Shown: one piece after another, positions 1 to 13,354 of the stretch
How the letters are laid out: every line of letters starts with the position of its first letter
Numbering within the stretch: the stretch's first letter is position 1
The notes under the pieces: model-generated
Seen by the model: the letters and a program-made list of their open reading frames with translations, nothing else
Database searches by the model: none
Told to the model about the DNA's origin: nothing
Source of the DNA: Eledone cirrhosa
Taxonomy: Eukaryota
Reading direction: 5' to 3'
Assembly (NCBI GenBank): GCA_964016885.1
Contig: OZ024741.1
Coordinates: 105,958,001-106,022,000, forward strand
Length of the DNA: 64,000 nucleotides
Position numbers and translations under genes: made by a program

Positions 1-26
1 TCGTATGTGGACATTCTGACTGTAAG
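1..26 (+). CDS. Beta-class carbonic anhydrase, 3' end of an internal exon (VCGHSDCK; HxxC zinc-ligand motif)
   Basis: Frame from nt 3 reads VCGHSDCK followed by donor gtaagt at 27. It joins in phase to AMNLLY in the next exon, reproducing the invertebrate beta-CA motif CGHSDCKAMN. Confidence 0.88.
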
Positions 27-179
27 GTAAGTTAGCCCCACTCATAGATCCAGGAAGTTTTAAATGTTAGTTGAGATAAGCTTCATACAATAGTTAACTA
101 ATCCAAGCTTCATTGCTGATCACAAAGAAACTTCATTGCAGATCCAAGCTGCTTTGAATCCCAATGAAGCTAAGATGCA

Positions 180-540
180 TACATCATCATCATATGTTTG
201 CTTTTCTATGCTTGCATGGGTTGGATGAGTCTTTTCAGTGCACCATCCCACCACTTGTTGCATCCTTTCATCATCTCCTCTGTGAGTTTCAGAGATTTGA
301 GATCAGCTCTTACCACCACTACCCATGTCTTCCTTGGTTTTCCTCTACTGCAGCTTCCTTCCCCTTAGATTTCTTGGCACTTCTTCATCCAGTTATAAGC
401 ATCCATGTGCATCACATGTCCATACCAGAGCAGTCTTCTCTCTTGTACACTGCATGTGATTCCTCTTATACCCAGTTTCTCTCTTAGTTTATCTATGCTT
501 TATCATTCACACACATCCAACAAATCATGCTTGCTTCATA
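180..540 (-). mobile_element. RTE-clade LINE 3' fragment, degenerate, intronic
   Basis: The minus strand reads RELGIRGITCSVQERRLLWYGHVMHMD, typical of the RTE ORF C-terminus, and ends in a (GAT)n tail. A related copy lies at ~60860-61320. Confidence 0.7.
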
Positions 541-1061
541 TAATAAATAGCCAGCTAAGCCAAACTTCACTGTAGATCACAAAGAAGCTTCATTCTGCAT
601 ACAGTAGAATCAAGCTTCTTTTCAATCTAGATCAGTGTTTCCCAAGGCCAACTTTGCCTTTCATCCTTTTTGGGATTGATAAAATAAACTATTTCTCTAG
701 TACAGGCCTTTATACAATTCACTTTTGGCGGGTGAGAGTGGTGTGCATGGTTCGAGTGAATTAACCTGCTCTGAGTATGTGGCTGTAAATTGGAGGAGGA
801 CAACTGGGAGAAGGCATTTGTCCTTATAATCAGAGTGACCATGGCATTTTGTTGGCTTTCTCCATGAGTGACCCTAATGAGGGATTTGTTTTTGTTTGAT
901 TTTTAAATGTTTATTTCATTTTTAGTTTTTGTTATAACCTTTTTTTTTACACACAAAAACCCACACTGTATTATCCTGTGCTGTCTCTATTGCTTGTTTA
1001 ATGTCAGCCCTGTGTGGCTGATAATATTATTATTTATTTATTTCTAATTTATTTTTCCAAG

Positions 1062-1286
1062 GCTATGAATCTTCTATACAGTTTACGGAACCAATGCCAT
1101 ATACACACGGGAAGCCCTCTTCAGATGTGGCTTAAGAAATATGGTGTTCCAAGTGTTAGAAAATTTGAGCAACTGGACAGTAAATTTATTGGACCTCTTA
1201 CTTTTCAAGGTAGATTCAGTCAACTTAATTTCCAAGTGAATATTGACCCAGAAAACCAGTTTCCTGTTGAAGATAAATTCTCCCAG
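1062..1286 (+). CDS. Beta-class carbonic anhydrase, penultimate exon
   Basis: Acceptor ttccaag|, donor |gtttga, 225 nt, phase 0/0. AMNLLYSLRNQ...SPLQMWL...IDPENQFPVEDKFSQ resembles insect CAHbeta (AMNLLYQLRD...SPLRSWL...EDKLSQ), recalled from memory. Confidence 0.9.
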
Positions 1287-1732
1287 GTTTGATATTATTA
1301 TTTTAAATTCATTTTACATAATTTTTATTCTATATATAAAGAGATGAATTGACAGAGTCCTATTGTTGGTCATCCATATGATATTTTGTAATATAACTAA
1401 CCTTCTCATTATTAAACTCGTGTTTGGAACATAACTTAGCAAAGGTTCTTTCCTAAAATTATGATTAAAATTATTTGAGATAAATATAAACACTTCAAAA
1501 CAAAGTTTTCTATTGTAGAACCAGAGGCTGTTTCAGGTGGTTTGGAACATAAGTTAACAAAAGTTTTTAGATAAAATTATGAAGGAAGGATTTTAGATAT
1601 CAAACCCATGCTAGTTGGAAAATGGACATTAAACCATGATGATGATAAACACTTTAAAACAAGTTTTATATTGTAAAACCAGGGGCTGTTTGGTATCAAA
1701 AGGATTAAGCTATTCCTTTGCTTGTTTTCCAG

Positions 1733-1939
1733 GTAAGCTGTCTTCAGCAACTACAACATGTAGCCAATTTTCCCATTCTACATGACAAGTTGTCAAAGAA
1801 TCAAATTCGCCTCCATGCCATCTGGGTTGATGTTCGAACTGGTAATGTTTACATCTTCAGCCGAGACGAAAAGCAATTTGTCGAAATTACTGACCGCAAC
1901 TATCAGCAGCTTGTACGTGAGTGTTTTCCTGTTGATTAG
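1733..1939 (+). CDS. Beta-class carbonic anhydrase, last coding exon
   Basis: Acceptor ttttccag|. Reads VSCLQQLQHVANFPIL...LHAIWVDVRTGNVYIFSRDEKQFVEI...CFPVD*, matching the metazoan beta-CA C-terminal pattern LQQ...HALWFDIYTGDIYYFSR. Confidence 0.9.
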   Translation, partial: VSCLQQLQHVANFPILHDKLSKNQIRLHAIWVDVRTGNVYIFSRDEKQFVEITDRNYQQLVRECFPVD

Positions 1940-3084
1940 AACTCCACTCCTCCATCTTCTTCTTATTCATCGGAACCAGTTGCCCAACCAACTCACAGAC
2001 AATACATATTATTGCCTCCCCCTCCACTCCAAAACTGATGGGATTGGTTTTTTAACCTGATGTCTCTACCATCATTCTATGTTGTTTGATTTCTTTTTAT
2101 TCATTGTATTAGTGGAACTTAATGCAGTGATGGTATTTCACCAGAGATACTAGAAAACTGAAACATTAGAATATATTCCAAGATTTAATATTAGTAGAAA
2201 ATGGTGATAGAGATAGAGAGAGAAAACCAGATAGACAACATCATATTTAATTCTTTATTTCACTGTCATAGACATGATTCTTTTATGGGGAGAAGGAAAC
2301 ACTCACTATTTTTTCTAAAAATTGTGACGGGGAGGGGAAACATTATGAAACTATTATTGATAATGTTTTCTAATTTAGGCACAAAGCCAACAATATTTGG
2401 GGAAGGGCAAAGTCAATTGTACCGATCCCAGTACTTTACTGGTACTTTATTTTATCAACTCTGGAAGGATGAAAGGCAAATTTGACCTGAGTAGAATTTA
2501 AAACCAGAATGTAAAAAGCCATAACCAAATCTATCAATACATTTCATCAGATGTACTAATGATTCTGCCAATTCACTTTTCTGAAGCTATTAATAATAAT
2601 TGTTTCTACTTTTGGCACAAGACCAGCAATTTGAAGGGAAGGGAAAAGTTAAGTAAATTGACTCCTGTGCATTACTATAAAGATAAATAGCAAAGCTAAC
2701 AAGCTCAGAACATAAAAGGTTGTAACTATATTTTACAAAGCATGATGTCCAATGCTCTACTAATATTGCCAATCCACTGCCATTAATAATATTAATAAGG
2801 ATACTTTAAAGATATTTTTGAAAACTTATATCATGTGCGTTATCTTTATTTAAAACTAAATATCATGTACATTATCTTTATTTTTCTTAATTTTAAATCC
2901 CAATAATTGATTCTCGTATCTAAACCAGTGCTTCACAACATTTTCATTACCAAGGATCTCATTCACTTGAAAGAATTTTCCTCCCCAGACCTCAGATTTT
3001 TGAGAGGTCTCTTTATTTAAACTTTCACAGACCCCATAAAACAATTTGGGGAATTTCTCTCCTATCAACAAACTCATTGATTCC

Positions 3085-3375
3085 CAAGGCCTAGAGTACT
3101 GTGGAGGGCTAAAGGTTTGAAATCACTGATCAATATCTCCAATTGATCTCTAAGGTCCTGTGTAGGACTAAAAGTTTAAAATCACTGATCTATATCTTCA
3201 ATTGATCTCTAGGGTTCTGTGGAGTACTAAAATTTTGAAATTACTGATCTATATCTACAATTAATCTCTAGGGTACTGTGGAGGACTGCAGGTTTGAAAT
3301 CACTGATCTGTATCTCTAAGTGATCTCTCAAGTACTGTGAAGGACTTCAAATCTCTGATCTATATCTCCAATTGA
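3085..3375. repeat. Tandem repeat, ~59-bp unit, ~5 diverged copies
   Basis: Recurring ctctagggtactgtggaggactaaaggtttgaaatcactgatctatatctccaattgat. Confidence 0.8.
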
Positions 3376-3868
3376 TGTAATTCTTTTTCAGAATATTCTA
3401 GAATCATTAAACTATAGGACAAAGTGCTTAGTAGCATTTGTTCCAGCTCTTTACATTCTGAGTTCAAATTCCACCAAAGTCAACTTTGCCTTTCTTCCTC
3501 CCAGTATCGATAAAATAAAGTACCGGTTAAACACAGGGGTCAAAGTAACTGATGTTCCTTTCTCCCCAAATTAATGGCCTAGTGCCTAAATTAGAAAGCA
3601 ATATTTTAGTAATAAATTACATATTTAATGAAATAAAGCCATTTCAACATAGAGTTGATAAGAACTAAGAAACTGTCTTGAGATTAAATTCCTCGAGGCT
3701 TTTATTGATATATTTTTTTTTGTTTCCATATATGGTAACAATCAAAGCCATTTTACTGGGTTTAAAAACACAAAACCCCATAAAACAACCATATCTCTTG
3801 TCAGCTTTTCTCACTCTAAAACCTGACAATTAACACTTTATTCAACTTCTCATCATACTGCAGGGATA

Positions 3869-3974
<106 letters not shown>

Positions 3975-4139
3975 AATTGATAGATATATAAATTGATAGA
4001 TATATAAATGTGTGTATGTTTTATATGTTCGTTATCGATTTTGTATTTTCCTATTAAAGAATGGAAAGTCTTGTACTCTTAATGCCACATGAAATCATGA
4101 GAAATTTTTAGGCTCAAGAAAAACTTTAACTTTTACAAA

Positions 4140-4285
4140 TGTGGTTGGTGTTAGGAAGGGCATCCAGCTGTAGAAAACCTGCCAGATAATCCTATACAAG
4201 CGAGACACGGTCACCCGATCAATCTTGCCTCAAGTGTGACAACTCCCGTCTAACCCATGCTAGCGTGGAAGATAGACGTTAAACT
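4140..4285 (+). mobile_element. SINE 3' part (family with ggttggtgttaggaagggcatccagctgtagaaa...acccatgctagcatggaa tail)
   Basis: The same motifs recur at ~29550-29710, 31052-31225 (-), 22966-23077 (-) and 58205-58360. Confidence 0.7.
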
Positions 4286-5399
4286 TTTTCTTGTAGCTTC
4301 GATTCCATAAGTATTTCAATAAATTTATTCTTCATCCACTTAAAAATCAATAATATACACCACTAGGCTACCAGTAATATATTGGAGTTAATTCATTTGA
4401 TTATAAATAACATTGGCTTTATCACTTGACATTTAAAGAAAACAAAATTAATGCTGTCTTGCAATTTAATTTAGAAAGTATTTTCCCAACATTTTGAACT
4501 TCAGTGTTTTCCAAGTGTTTTTCTGCTAGCTGAATTAACAAGTATGTGTTATGTATGTGGTTCCCCAATCTAAGAAGACAATGGCTCTCATTCAGTACTG
4601 ACCTAGCTCCCCAACAGAGGACACTTTCTCTGATTAAAAGCTGTGGTTCCCTAACTTAAGAAGTCACTAGCTCTGATTCAGTATTGATCAGGTCTGTAAC
4701 AGCTTGTCCAACCCATGCTAGCATGGAAAAAAATGATGATGATGATTTCTGAGGGGCCTGGTGTTTAGAGATGAAGCCCTACATCTGATGAGTAAGAACA
4801 GGAAATTGAGGTTCTGTCAAAGTTATGCTAAGGATTTTTATATAATAGGTGGTTTGGAGGACTTCTCTATTTCTGGAACCAAATCCCATATAGTGAATCT
4901 CTAAGATAATTAAGATAACTTGATGACAAATATTTCTGGGAAAAGAGTCAAAACCAGTCAGTGTTATCTTCAACAGCTATGCTTCAATAACCAGGGTGAT
5001 GTTAGCAGGCTATGCTTAACTGAAGATACTTGGCAAGTGTTGTCCATCTAGGTGATATCAAATGGCTATACTTAGATAGGCCCACTTGAATAATGACAGC
5101 AGGCTGTGGTTAGCTAGGATGACTGGCAAATGTTGTCCATCTAGGTGACATAAAAAACTGTACTTAGATGAACCAATCTAGATGACATGTACTCATCTAG
5201 ATACTATTTGCTTAATGAGTTCAGCTGGGTTAACACCAGTCCTGCTGTTTCTATCTTCAAGTTGTGACACTGGCTAGTCATACCCCTTCTTGGTGACTTC
5301 AGCTAGTTATGTTTAACTTGGGGACATCTACAACATGTACTCCTTTTTGAAGGAGAGTCATTATCAATTTGTGCTGTTTTGAAGAACACCAACAAGCTG

Positions 5400-5745
5400 T
5401 GGCCTTTTGTGAAAGACATTTACAAACTGTGTTCTATTTGGAGGACACACCCACAAACTGCGTTGTATTTGGAGAACACACCCACAAGCTGTGTTCTATA
5501 CAGAGAACACACCCACAAGCTGTGCTCTATACAGAGAACACACCCACAAGCTGTGCTCTATACAGAGAACACACCCACAAGCTGTGCTCTGTTTGGAGGA
5601 CACACCCACAAGCTGTGCTCTGTATAGAGGACACACCCACAAGCTGTGCTCTATATGGAAGACCTACCCACAAGCTATATTCTATATGGAGGACCCACCC
5701 ACAAGCTGTGCTCTATACAGAGGATGTGCCTATAAGTTGTGCTCA
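5400..5745. repeat. Minisatellite, 31-bp unit (gagaacacacccacaagctgtgctctataca), ~11 copies
   Basis: Visible tandem units. They explain the repetitive ORFs 5369-5838. Confidence 0.9.
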
Positions 5746-6324
5746 ACAAGGAAATCATGTTTGACTAGGAAACTGATGTATTGTAATATATTCAGAACAT
5801 GTGACACCATTTTAATCAACAATACAGAAAATAAATAAAAAATGAAACAATGCTTTATTTATTTTCAAATAATAAAGAATTTCTGTTCTTGGAAAATGTT
5901 TAGAAATTCTTCAATAATTTTGACTCTTCTCCGGTTTATCTTGTTCTCAAGTAGAGAAGAACATGTCTTGTCTTTTAACAAATAAACATTTACTGTTTCA
6001 CAATTCTCCCCTTAAGAGTGAATGTGGAAATGGTCTTCAAGGAGTTTACATCCTCAATATATATATGTGTGTGTGTGTGTGGAGAGTGTATGTGTGAGAG
6101 AGAGATAGAGAAATCAGAATTATACTATTTTTAAACTAGCAAGACCATAATTCAGCTAAGTACTCGATACTTGGGATAGTAGAGTGTATCTGTCAAAACG
6201 GCAAGAGCTCAACTATCGGATCCTGACTCACTCTTTATTTTATATATATATATTATTCTTTGTTTGTTTTCTTTTATGTTTGTTTCTGTAAAATTCTTGA
6301 TTTTAAATCTTGTGTTGAAACATT

Positions 6325-6565
6325 GTTATAGAAAATAGTGGGGTTTTTAATGTAAATAGGAAATTAAACATTAAAAATAATAGCAAAGTTGTTGAAGGTG
6401 TTTAGTTCTTAATATTTCTGGACAAAATCTCTTCATCAAAATATTAAGGACTAATTCAACTCCTCCAAGGTAACATTCCAACAACTTTGTTATCTTTATT
6501 TTTAAATTTTAAAGTCCTATTTACATTACTGTAGCTCTCTAAAAAGAAAAACACTATTTTCTACA
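6325..6565. mobile_element. Foldback/MITE-like imperfect inverted repeat
   Basis: Nested complementary blocks tagaaaatagtg/cactattttcta, taatgtaaatagg/cctatttacatta and aaagttgttg/caacaacttt. Confidence 0.55.
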
Positions 6566-6830
6566 TTTGCCATGATGCTTCAAAAGAAAACTATAACACC
6601 CTTTTAGATATAGTTGTATTTTGGAGGGTCATGCTACAAATCAAAATACATGCCACGCATATATACATACACACATTTACATTACTGTAGCTCTCTAAAA
6701 AGAAAAACACTATTTTCTACATTTGCCATGATGCTTCAAAAGAAAACTATAACACCCTTTTAGATATAGTTGTATTTTGGAGGGTCATGCTACAAATCAA
6801 AATACATGCCACGCATATATACATACACAC
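6519..6830. repeat. Exact tandem duplication of 156 bp
   Basis: 6519-6674 is repeated at 6675-6830 with no differences seen. Confidence 0.85.
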
Positions 6831-9673
6831 ATATGTACATGTATACATACACCTACATGCATACATACACACATAAATATGTACATACATACACTTATAT
6901 ATGTACATACATGTACACATATGTATGTAGATGCAGAGACACACACATGTACATATATACATACATAGCTTACATGGTTGGGAAGTAAAGATTTTGGTGT
7001 AATTGGTTCAAATTTGGCAATGGCAGCTATAATTCTGGATCATTCCGATGTTGACAAAGTCAGAAAGTAATCCAGCTATAACACTAAAAAATTACTATAA
7101 TTAATAATAGTAATAACAATAATAATAGTAGTAGTAGTTGTAGTAATGGTAACAACAATAATAATAATAAAATAATAATAATGATAATAGTAATAATAAA
7201 TATGATTGTGAAAATGTAACAAATGTATTGTTTTTTTAATCCATATTTTGATTTCAATTAATTTTTATTTTGTTTATATATTTAATTTATTTTTGATAAA
7301 ATTACCAGGAATTTAATGAAATCTGAACTGTCTCAACAGTAATATACATGGGTCCATTTTCTGGTATATTTACACATCTCAAAGGTATTTTATGATGCCT
7401 TCAATAGCATGGCTTTGTTTTTGTTTTTTTAAAATCAGCCGAAATGTTTGTCTATTTATTTCTTTAAGTACCAACCCACTTGTGACTGCCTCTCATTTTT
7501 AAAAATGTTCATATTGAAATTAAAAACTCCTATCAATATTTTATGTTATATTCTGAACACCAAATCCTTAATTATTTTGAAAGATGATTGAAACATGTAG
7601 AGTATGTATTTCATAAGATAAAGAAGTGAAATGGCTCATCTAACAAACGATTTTGTTGTGTTTATGAAATAAATTGTTTTGATTTTTATTTTAGATGTTT
7701 GCTAACCAAATTTTATATATTGCTTCCTTTATTTAATGCATGTTATGAACATTGCCACAGTACATTGTTCTTATATATAAAACATATTGTATATACATTT
7801 ATGTATATACAGTTTATATACATGTCCATCCCCAAATATAACAAATACTGTATATACTTGTATATAATGCAGACACAGGTTTGGCCGAGTGGTTAAGAAA
7901 TTTGCTTCGTAATCATAAGGTTCTGAGTTCAACCCTATTTTGTGGCATTTACCACAGCCCTGGTTTGACTCATGCCTTATCAGTGAAATTGGGTAGACAT
8001 GAACTGTTTGGAAGCCTATTGGATGGACTGTACCTGTAATTTAAAGTACCAACCTTAATGCTGAATCTTCCTGAGAATTATGTTATGGGTACATGTGTCT
8101 TGGATGCTCAGCCACTTGCTCATTGATTTCACAAGCAGGCTGTCCCATTAACTGAACAACTAGAACACTCATCATCAAAATTGACAGAGGTCCATTTTTT
8201 GCCATTCCTCTCATATATAAGTTGCACTTCCTTCACAAAACAATACCACCAACAACAATGTGTGAGTCAAATAGTGTGTCAAGAATATTGTATGTAAAAT
8301 AGGGGTGTGACTTATACACGAGTATATACAGTAAATATTTTGTTATTAGCAGTGGCAGGTAACAATAGAGAGCTAATACCAGTTCACTTTCTCTTGGGAA
8401 AGACATGAATAGCACAAATTAATGAATAAACTGTTCTTAAGATCAAACAAGTTGACAAATGCTGCTTCTGATTTTTGTTTGTTTTCTAAAATAAATTACT
8501 TATAGTCTTCATCTATAAAATATTCATTTCACATAACAATTGATGAAAAAAACATTTGAATTTGACTGAGAAAACACTTGAATTTAGCTGAGAATATTTC
8601 ATCTAAAAAACATTAGCTGAGAGTATTTGATTCAGGAAAAAACATTTGAATTAGCTGAGAGTATTTGGGTTTTCTGGTGTTCTTTATTTGGTCAAAAATA
8701 TTTTCAATCTTTGCCAATGCTGGATCAGAGCATGATCAGATCATGCTGGATCAGAGTATTTTGTTGAGAATCTATTTTCTAAAATAATATGATCGATGGA
8801 AATGAATTTAATCATTGATAGAGATTTAGTTTTTTATAATTTAATCAGTGAGCAAGGTACAGTGGCCATGACTTATCATCCTACATTACTGAGATTGATG
8901 TGACTGATGTTCAATTTGACATCTGTAGGCCATTCTGTGAAGCGAGAGAAAAAAATAAAATGAAATGAAACATAGGCACAGAGAGAGAAAGAGTTCGGGG
9001 GGGGGGGGGTCTGAAGAGAGGGGAAATGACTGGAAAATGAATTTAGTGAGCCAAAGTAAGTGGGATGGGATGAGAGACAGATGAGAGAATGTGTGTAGCT
9101 ATTTAGTTCAGAGGAGCATAGGTTGTTGTAGTAGTGGTAGAAGAAGCAAAGAAAGGCAATACATTATGGCACTCTTGTCATGGGTAGAAGGTTTAGTGTG
9201 TGTAGATATATATATCGTTCAAATATGTGTTAATTGATCTTCACAATCAATGAACTATGGTGTAATCATTCAAAAGCACTCAATGTCTGCAGTGTCCATA
9301 TAAGTAAGAATTGGTATTACATGTATGGTATCCGATGGAGTATTGTTATGTTATTAAAAATGAAGGATAGGTTCCATTTTCATTCTTCAATTTATTATAC
9401 TTCATAACATCCGTAATGCACATTTCAAAGGTATTACATAATGGTTAAGTAAGTCTAATATCTCATCATCAGACAAATGTAAATATTGTCTATGATGTGG
9501 GAATAGTTGGATGTAAGATGTTCATTGCCTAAAGTCTGGTTGCAATATGGTATGTAGCAGAAAAGTCATTCCATTCACTATATCAATTTATCATGATCAA
9601 TCAGCCTTCTGAAACGATTGTTAAACAATGAACTAATTAAGCACTAAACTTCACCTTTTGTTTTCACTGTTCA

Positions 9674-9749
<76 letters not shown>

Positions 9750-10719
9750 GAAATAAAACTAGTTCAGTAGATATATTACATGTGTAACAACATTGGTTGT
9801 TGTGGTTGTATTACAGGTTGTGCTTGTGGTTGTGGATGTAGTAGCGATTGTGGCTGTAGTTGTGGTTGTTGTAGTTATTGATGTAGCTGTGTTGGATGTT
9901 AGATTGTGTACCTTTCTCTACAAGAACTAGTAATGTTCCATAAGACCTTTTTTTGATTATTAGAACAACATTGACCATTGTCTATAGACCAGTGGGACAA
10001 TATTGACCATTGAAACAACCTTGACGATTGGGACGAGATTGTAAACATCTTCACTCATTGTTGTACATTAACAAGATTTTATTGTTAACATATATATCAG
10101 TATTTACTGACCTTGTCATTACCAAGGACCCTCTTTATTGAAATGATTTACTCCACGGATCTCAGATACAATTCCCAGAAGAAGGGATATCCATAGTGTG
10201 TGTATATTATGGAAGAATCATTTTAGCTATAAAAAAAAAGAATTAAAAACACATACACACAAAAAAACTATTAAATTCCCTTTACACTTATTATTTATTT
10301 CTTACTGTCAACATTCTTGTTGCAATGTCTGTGACTTGGTCACTGACACAGTTCTACTGCAAATGTGTATATTGTGGTTTTAACAGAGTACTTGGAATTT
10401 TAAACTTAGCTCACAGATCGCCAGTATTACCTTGTGAAGCTCAAGTTAGGAATTACTGATATAAAGTGTTAAGTATTAACAGAATCTGTCTCAGACTAAA
10501 ACATATTAATTAATGTTCCATGCTTTCCATTTTGGCATTCCTCCTTATCTTTCATCCTCTCTTTCCCTCACTTCCCCCACTCTTTCTCTCTCTTTCTATC
10601 TTTCTTTTTCTTTCTTTTTTTTTGTTCCTAACAACCTTCAATGGCAACTAAAATTTGTGCCTAGACTTGGAAATTATATTTCAAATAATTATCAAAACGA
10701 AATTATTTTTCACATGTTT

Positions 10720-12695
10720 TTTTAAAAATATATTTCAATATTAAATATATTTAGTTTTATCAGAATCATCTTTTTTCTTTCGTATCTTTTTAATTTACGA
10801 ATCTATAATAATAACAACAATAATAATAATAATAATATTTTAATATATATTTCATTCTGGAATAAAGATATTACATTTGGTGTTAATACTTGTTGTGTTC
10901 TTTCTTATCCACATCTATCAATTACCAAACATTTAATGTTTGATGTTTAATAATAATTGGTTCTAATTTAGACACAAGCAGTTGAGTGGGAAGGGATATA
11001 TGTCAATAACATCAACCCCAGTATTTGACTACTACTTTACTTTATCAATCATGGAAGGAGAACAGGTAAAGTTAACTTTAAAGAATTTTGAACACAGATT
11101 GTAAAGGGCCAGAAGAAATGTCAAAGAGGAGTTATCTTGCCACAATTTAAACCGAATATCAATCTTACCAGTCATCCAACACAGCTGACAAAAAGAAAAA
11201 AAAAAACAATTTCCTTATACCCTAACTTTTGCCAAACCATCGTCCTCATTATCATTTAATGTCTGTTTTCCCTTCTAGTGTGGGTTGGATAGGTTTTCAC
11301 AGACCGACTTTACTGAAGTGAGTTTACTGATCTCCCGGTTAAAGTAATCATCTCACATACAGTCATACTCTCTACCAAATGCCTTTTATTATCTCGCTAG
11401 CAGTAGTAAGGTTGTCATGTCTTTGATATAACTGACGGTGCTTCTCAATTTGTGTGGCAAGTTTTCTACACATCTGATTATGTCTAATAATGGTTTCTGA
11501 ATTAGGCACAAGGCCAACAGTTCTTTTTTTTTAGGAGAGGGGAAAGTCGATTAAATCGACCCCAGTGCATTACTGCTGTTTTATTTTATCGACCCTGTAA
11601 GGATGAAAGGCAAAGCTAACCTCGGTGGGATTTCAACTCAGAATGTAAAGGGCAGTAACTCTATACCGCAAAGCATGGTGACCGACACTCTATCAATACT
11701 GCCAATCCACCACTGTCGAATAATTTACAAACAACTGTACCAATTTCATCAGTCTTGATCCCTGACCTTCGACATCAATTAGATATTCTGCAGGAAAGCA
11801 GAAAATTTCACTTGTTTTCATTTTAGCTTAGCTTTTGATTTTTTTGTTTATAAAATAATAACTCTTCTGATACCAAACCACTTGAAAGAATCTCTGGTTC
11901 AACAATACAAAGCTGTTTGTTTTAAAATGTTTGTATTTATTTTTTTAAATCTTCCATCATAATTTTGTCTAAGAACCTTTGTTGTGTTATGTTCCTGAGA
12001 CCAACTTAATAATGAGAAAGTTATATTACTAAATTATTCCAAATCCTTGATTATTAGCATAACTATTTAAAAATAATAGTGTCTTTCTATGGTAACAAAA
12101 AGAGAGAATGAGTGTTATTTGGAAGTTAAAAAAATAGTAAAAAGACTACAAAACGGGCTTTGTTTCCTACCTGTTAAATATGCTGTATTTAAAGAAAAAT
12201 GCTGTGGAATCATTTAATATATAATCACAAACTTTGTATGGAAGAAGCAGTACTTTACAGGAGAGCACATAGCAATTTAATAGAAAAAGATTTGCTTATG
12301 AAAATATTCAACAAATCAAACTTTTACCTGGACTAATGTTGTTATGCTTCCCATTGTTTTTCATTTATACTGCTCTTGGCTACTATATTCTATCTTGCCC
12401 TTTTCTCGCTGACTTTGTTGTTTCTGTTTCTTAATTATTAGACACTTCGGGTCTTTTCAGGCTGAATGTTTGAATTAAACAAATTGGAATTATCTCCCTT
12501 AGTTCCCTTACGTCACAAGTAACAATGGTTTTCAGAGTTATCTCCCACTAAAAATTACCTAATCAAGACTTTATAATATAAATATACATAACTAGCAGTG
12601 TATCCCGGCGTTGCACGGGTAAGAACATTGGTAATAGCAGCTCCAATGAGAAACATTTATGTCTGGCTGTCTGCATTACGACATTATGAAAACAT
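10720..12695 (-). repeat. Left arm of long inverted repeat (host DNA + SINE + Helitron 3' end)
   Basis: Reverse complement of ~21660-23220. For example 12541-12695 matches 21660-21815 and 11005-11736 matches 22236-22965. Confidence 0.9.
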
Positions 12696-13322
12696 AGCAG
12701 CGTCTGAGCCCTTATTGATGTACTTGCAGACATATTTGAAGGATTTCACGGAGTTACAAAACTCTACGTTGACGTGAGCGTTGAACGCCTTGGACAGAAT
12801 AGGGCAGTACGGCACTATCCACCTGTTGTCTACTTCGTATGGCCCAATGTGCACTGTAAACCCGCAATCTTCCGGCTTTCTTCGTCTGTACAGTGGGTGT
12901 CTGTCTTTGCCGGTCTGGGTCTCTCGAAGAAACTGCTTTTTCTGTTAGACGTAGGGCACTCTGTTCTGCACTCTCAGCAGCTCGAGTGGCAGCAGTTGAT
13001 GCAGCATTTTTCCTTAGACGCAGGTAACCATGTTCTGCAGTCTCAGCAGCTCCGGCAACGGCTTTTAATGCAGCATTTCGTGATTTTCGCAGCACACACT
13101 AGTCGTCATTCTCAGCAGATCGGACGTCGGTTTCTGATAAATCATTTGTTGCCGGTCTAAAGTCACGCTGTCCGTCACTCTCAGCAGTTCGGGCAGTGGG
13201 TGTTGATGCATCGTTTTGCAATGGGCTAATAGCAGCTTCTGGGGATTGTTCATTTGCTCTCCCCCTTTTCAGTCTTTTTGAAAAGGGCGTTTTTCTTGCG
13301 AAGCAAACTCTCTTCTTTGGGG
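12592..13322 (-). mobile_element. Rearranged Helitron derivative: 3' terminus (hairpin+CTAG) fused to inverted Rep fragments
   Basis: CTAG at 12592-12595 with the cccgtgcaacgccggg hairpin. ~12696-12937 is the reverse complement of ~17897-18140, and ~12938-13322 is the reverse complement of ~15761-16147. Confidence 0.88.
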
Positions 13323-13354
13323 TCTAAGGCATGCACCGAACCATTCGCCGAACC

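Noticed and set aside
5369-5838. Cys/His-rich repetitive ORFs resembling zinc fingers (also 56071-56406, 6747-6988)
   Set aside because: They are products of a 31-bp minisatellite or CA-rich simple repeats, are open in several frames and lack C2H2 spacing.
9779-9917. Thr-rich mucin-like minus-strand exon (TSITTTTTTTATIATTS...)
   Set aside because: It is explained by a degenerate (ACA)n simple repeat, and there are no linked in-phase exons.
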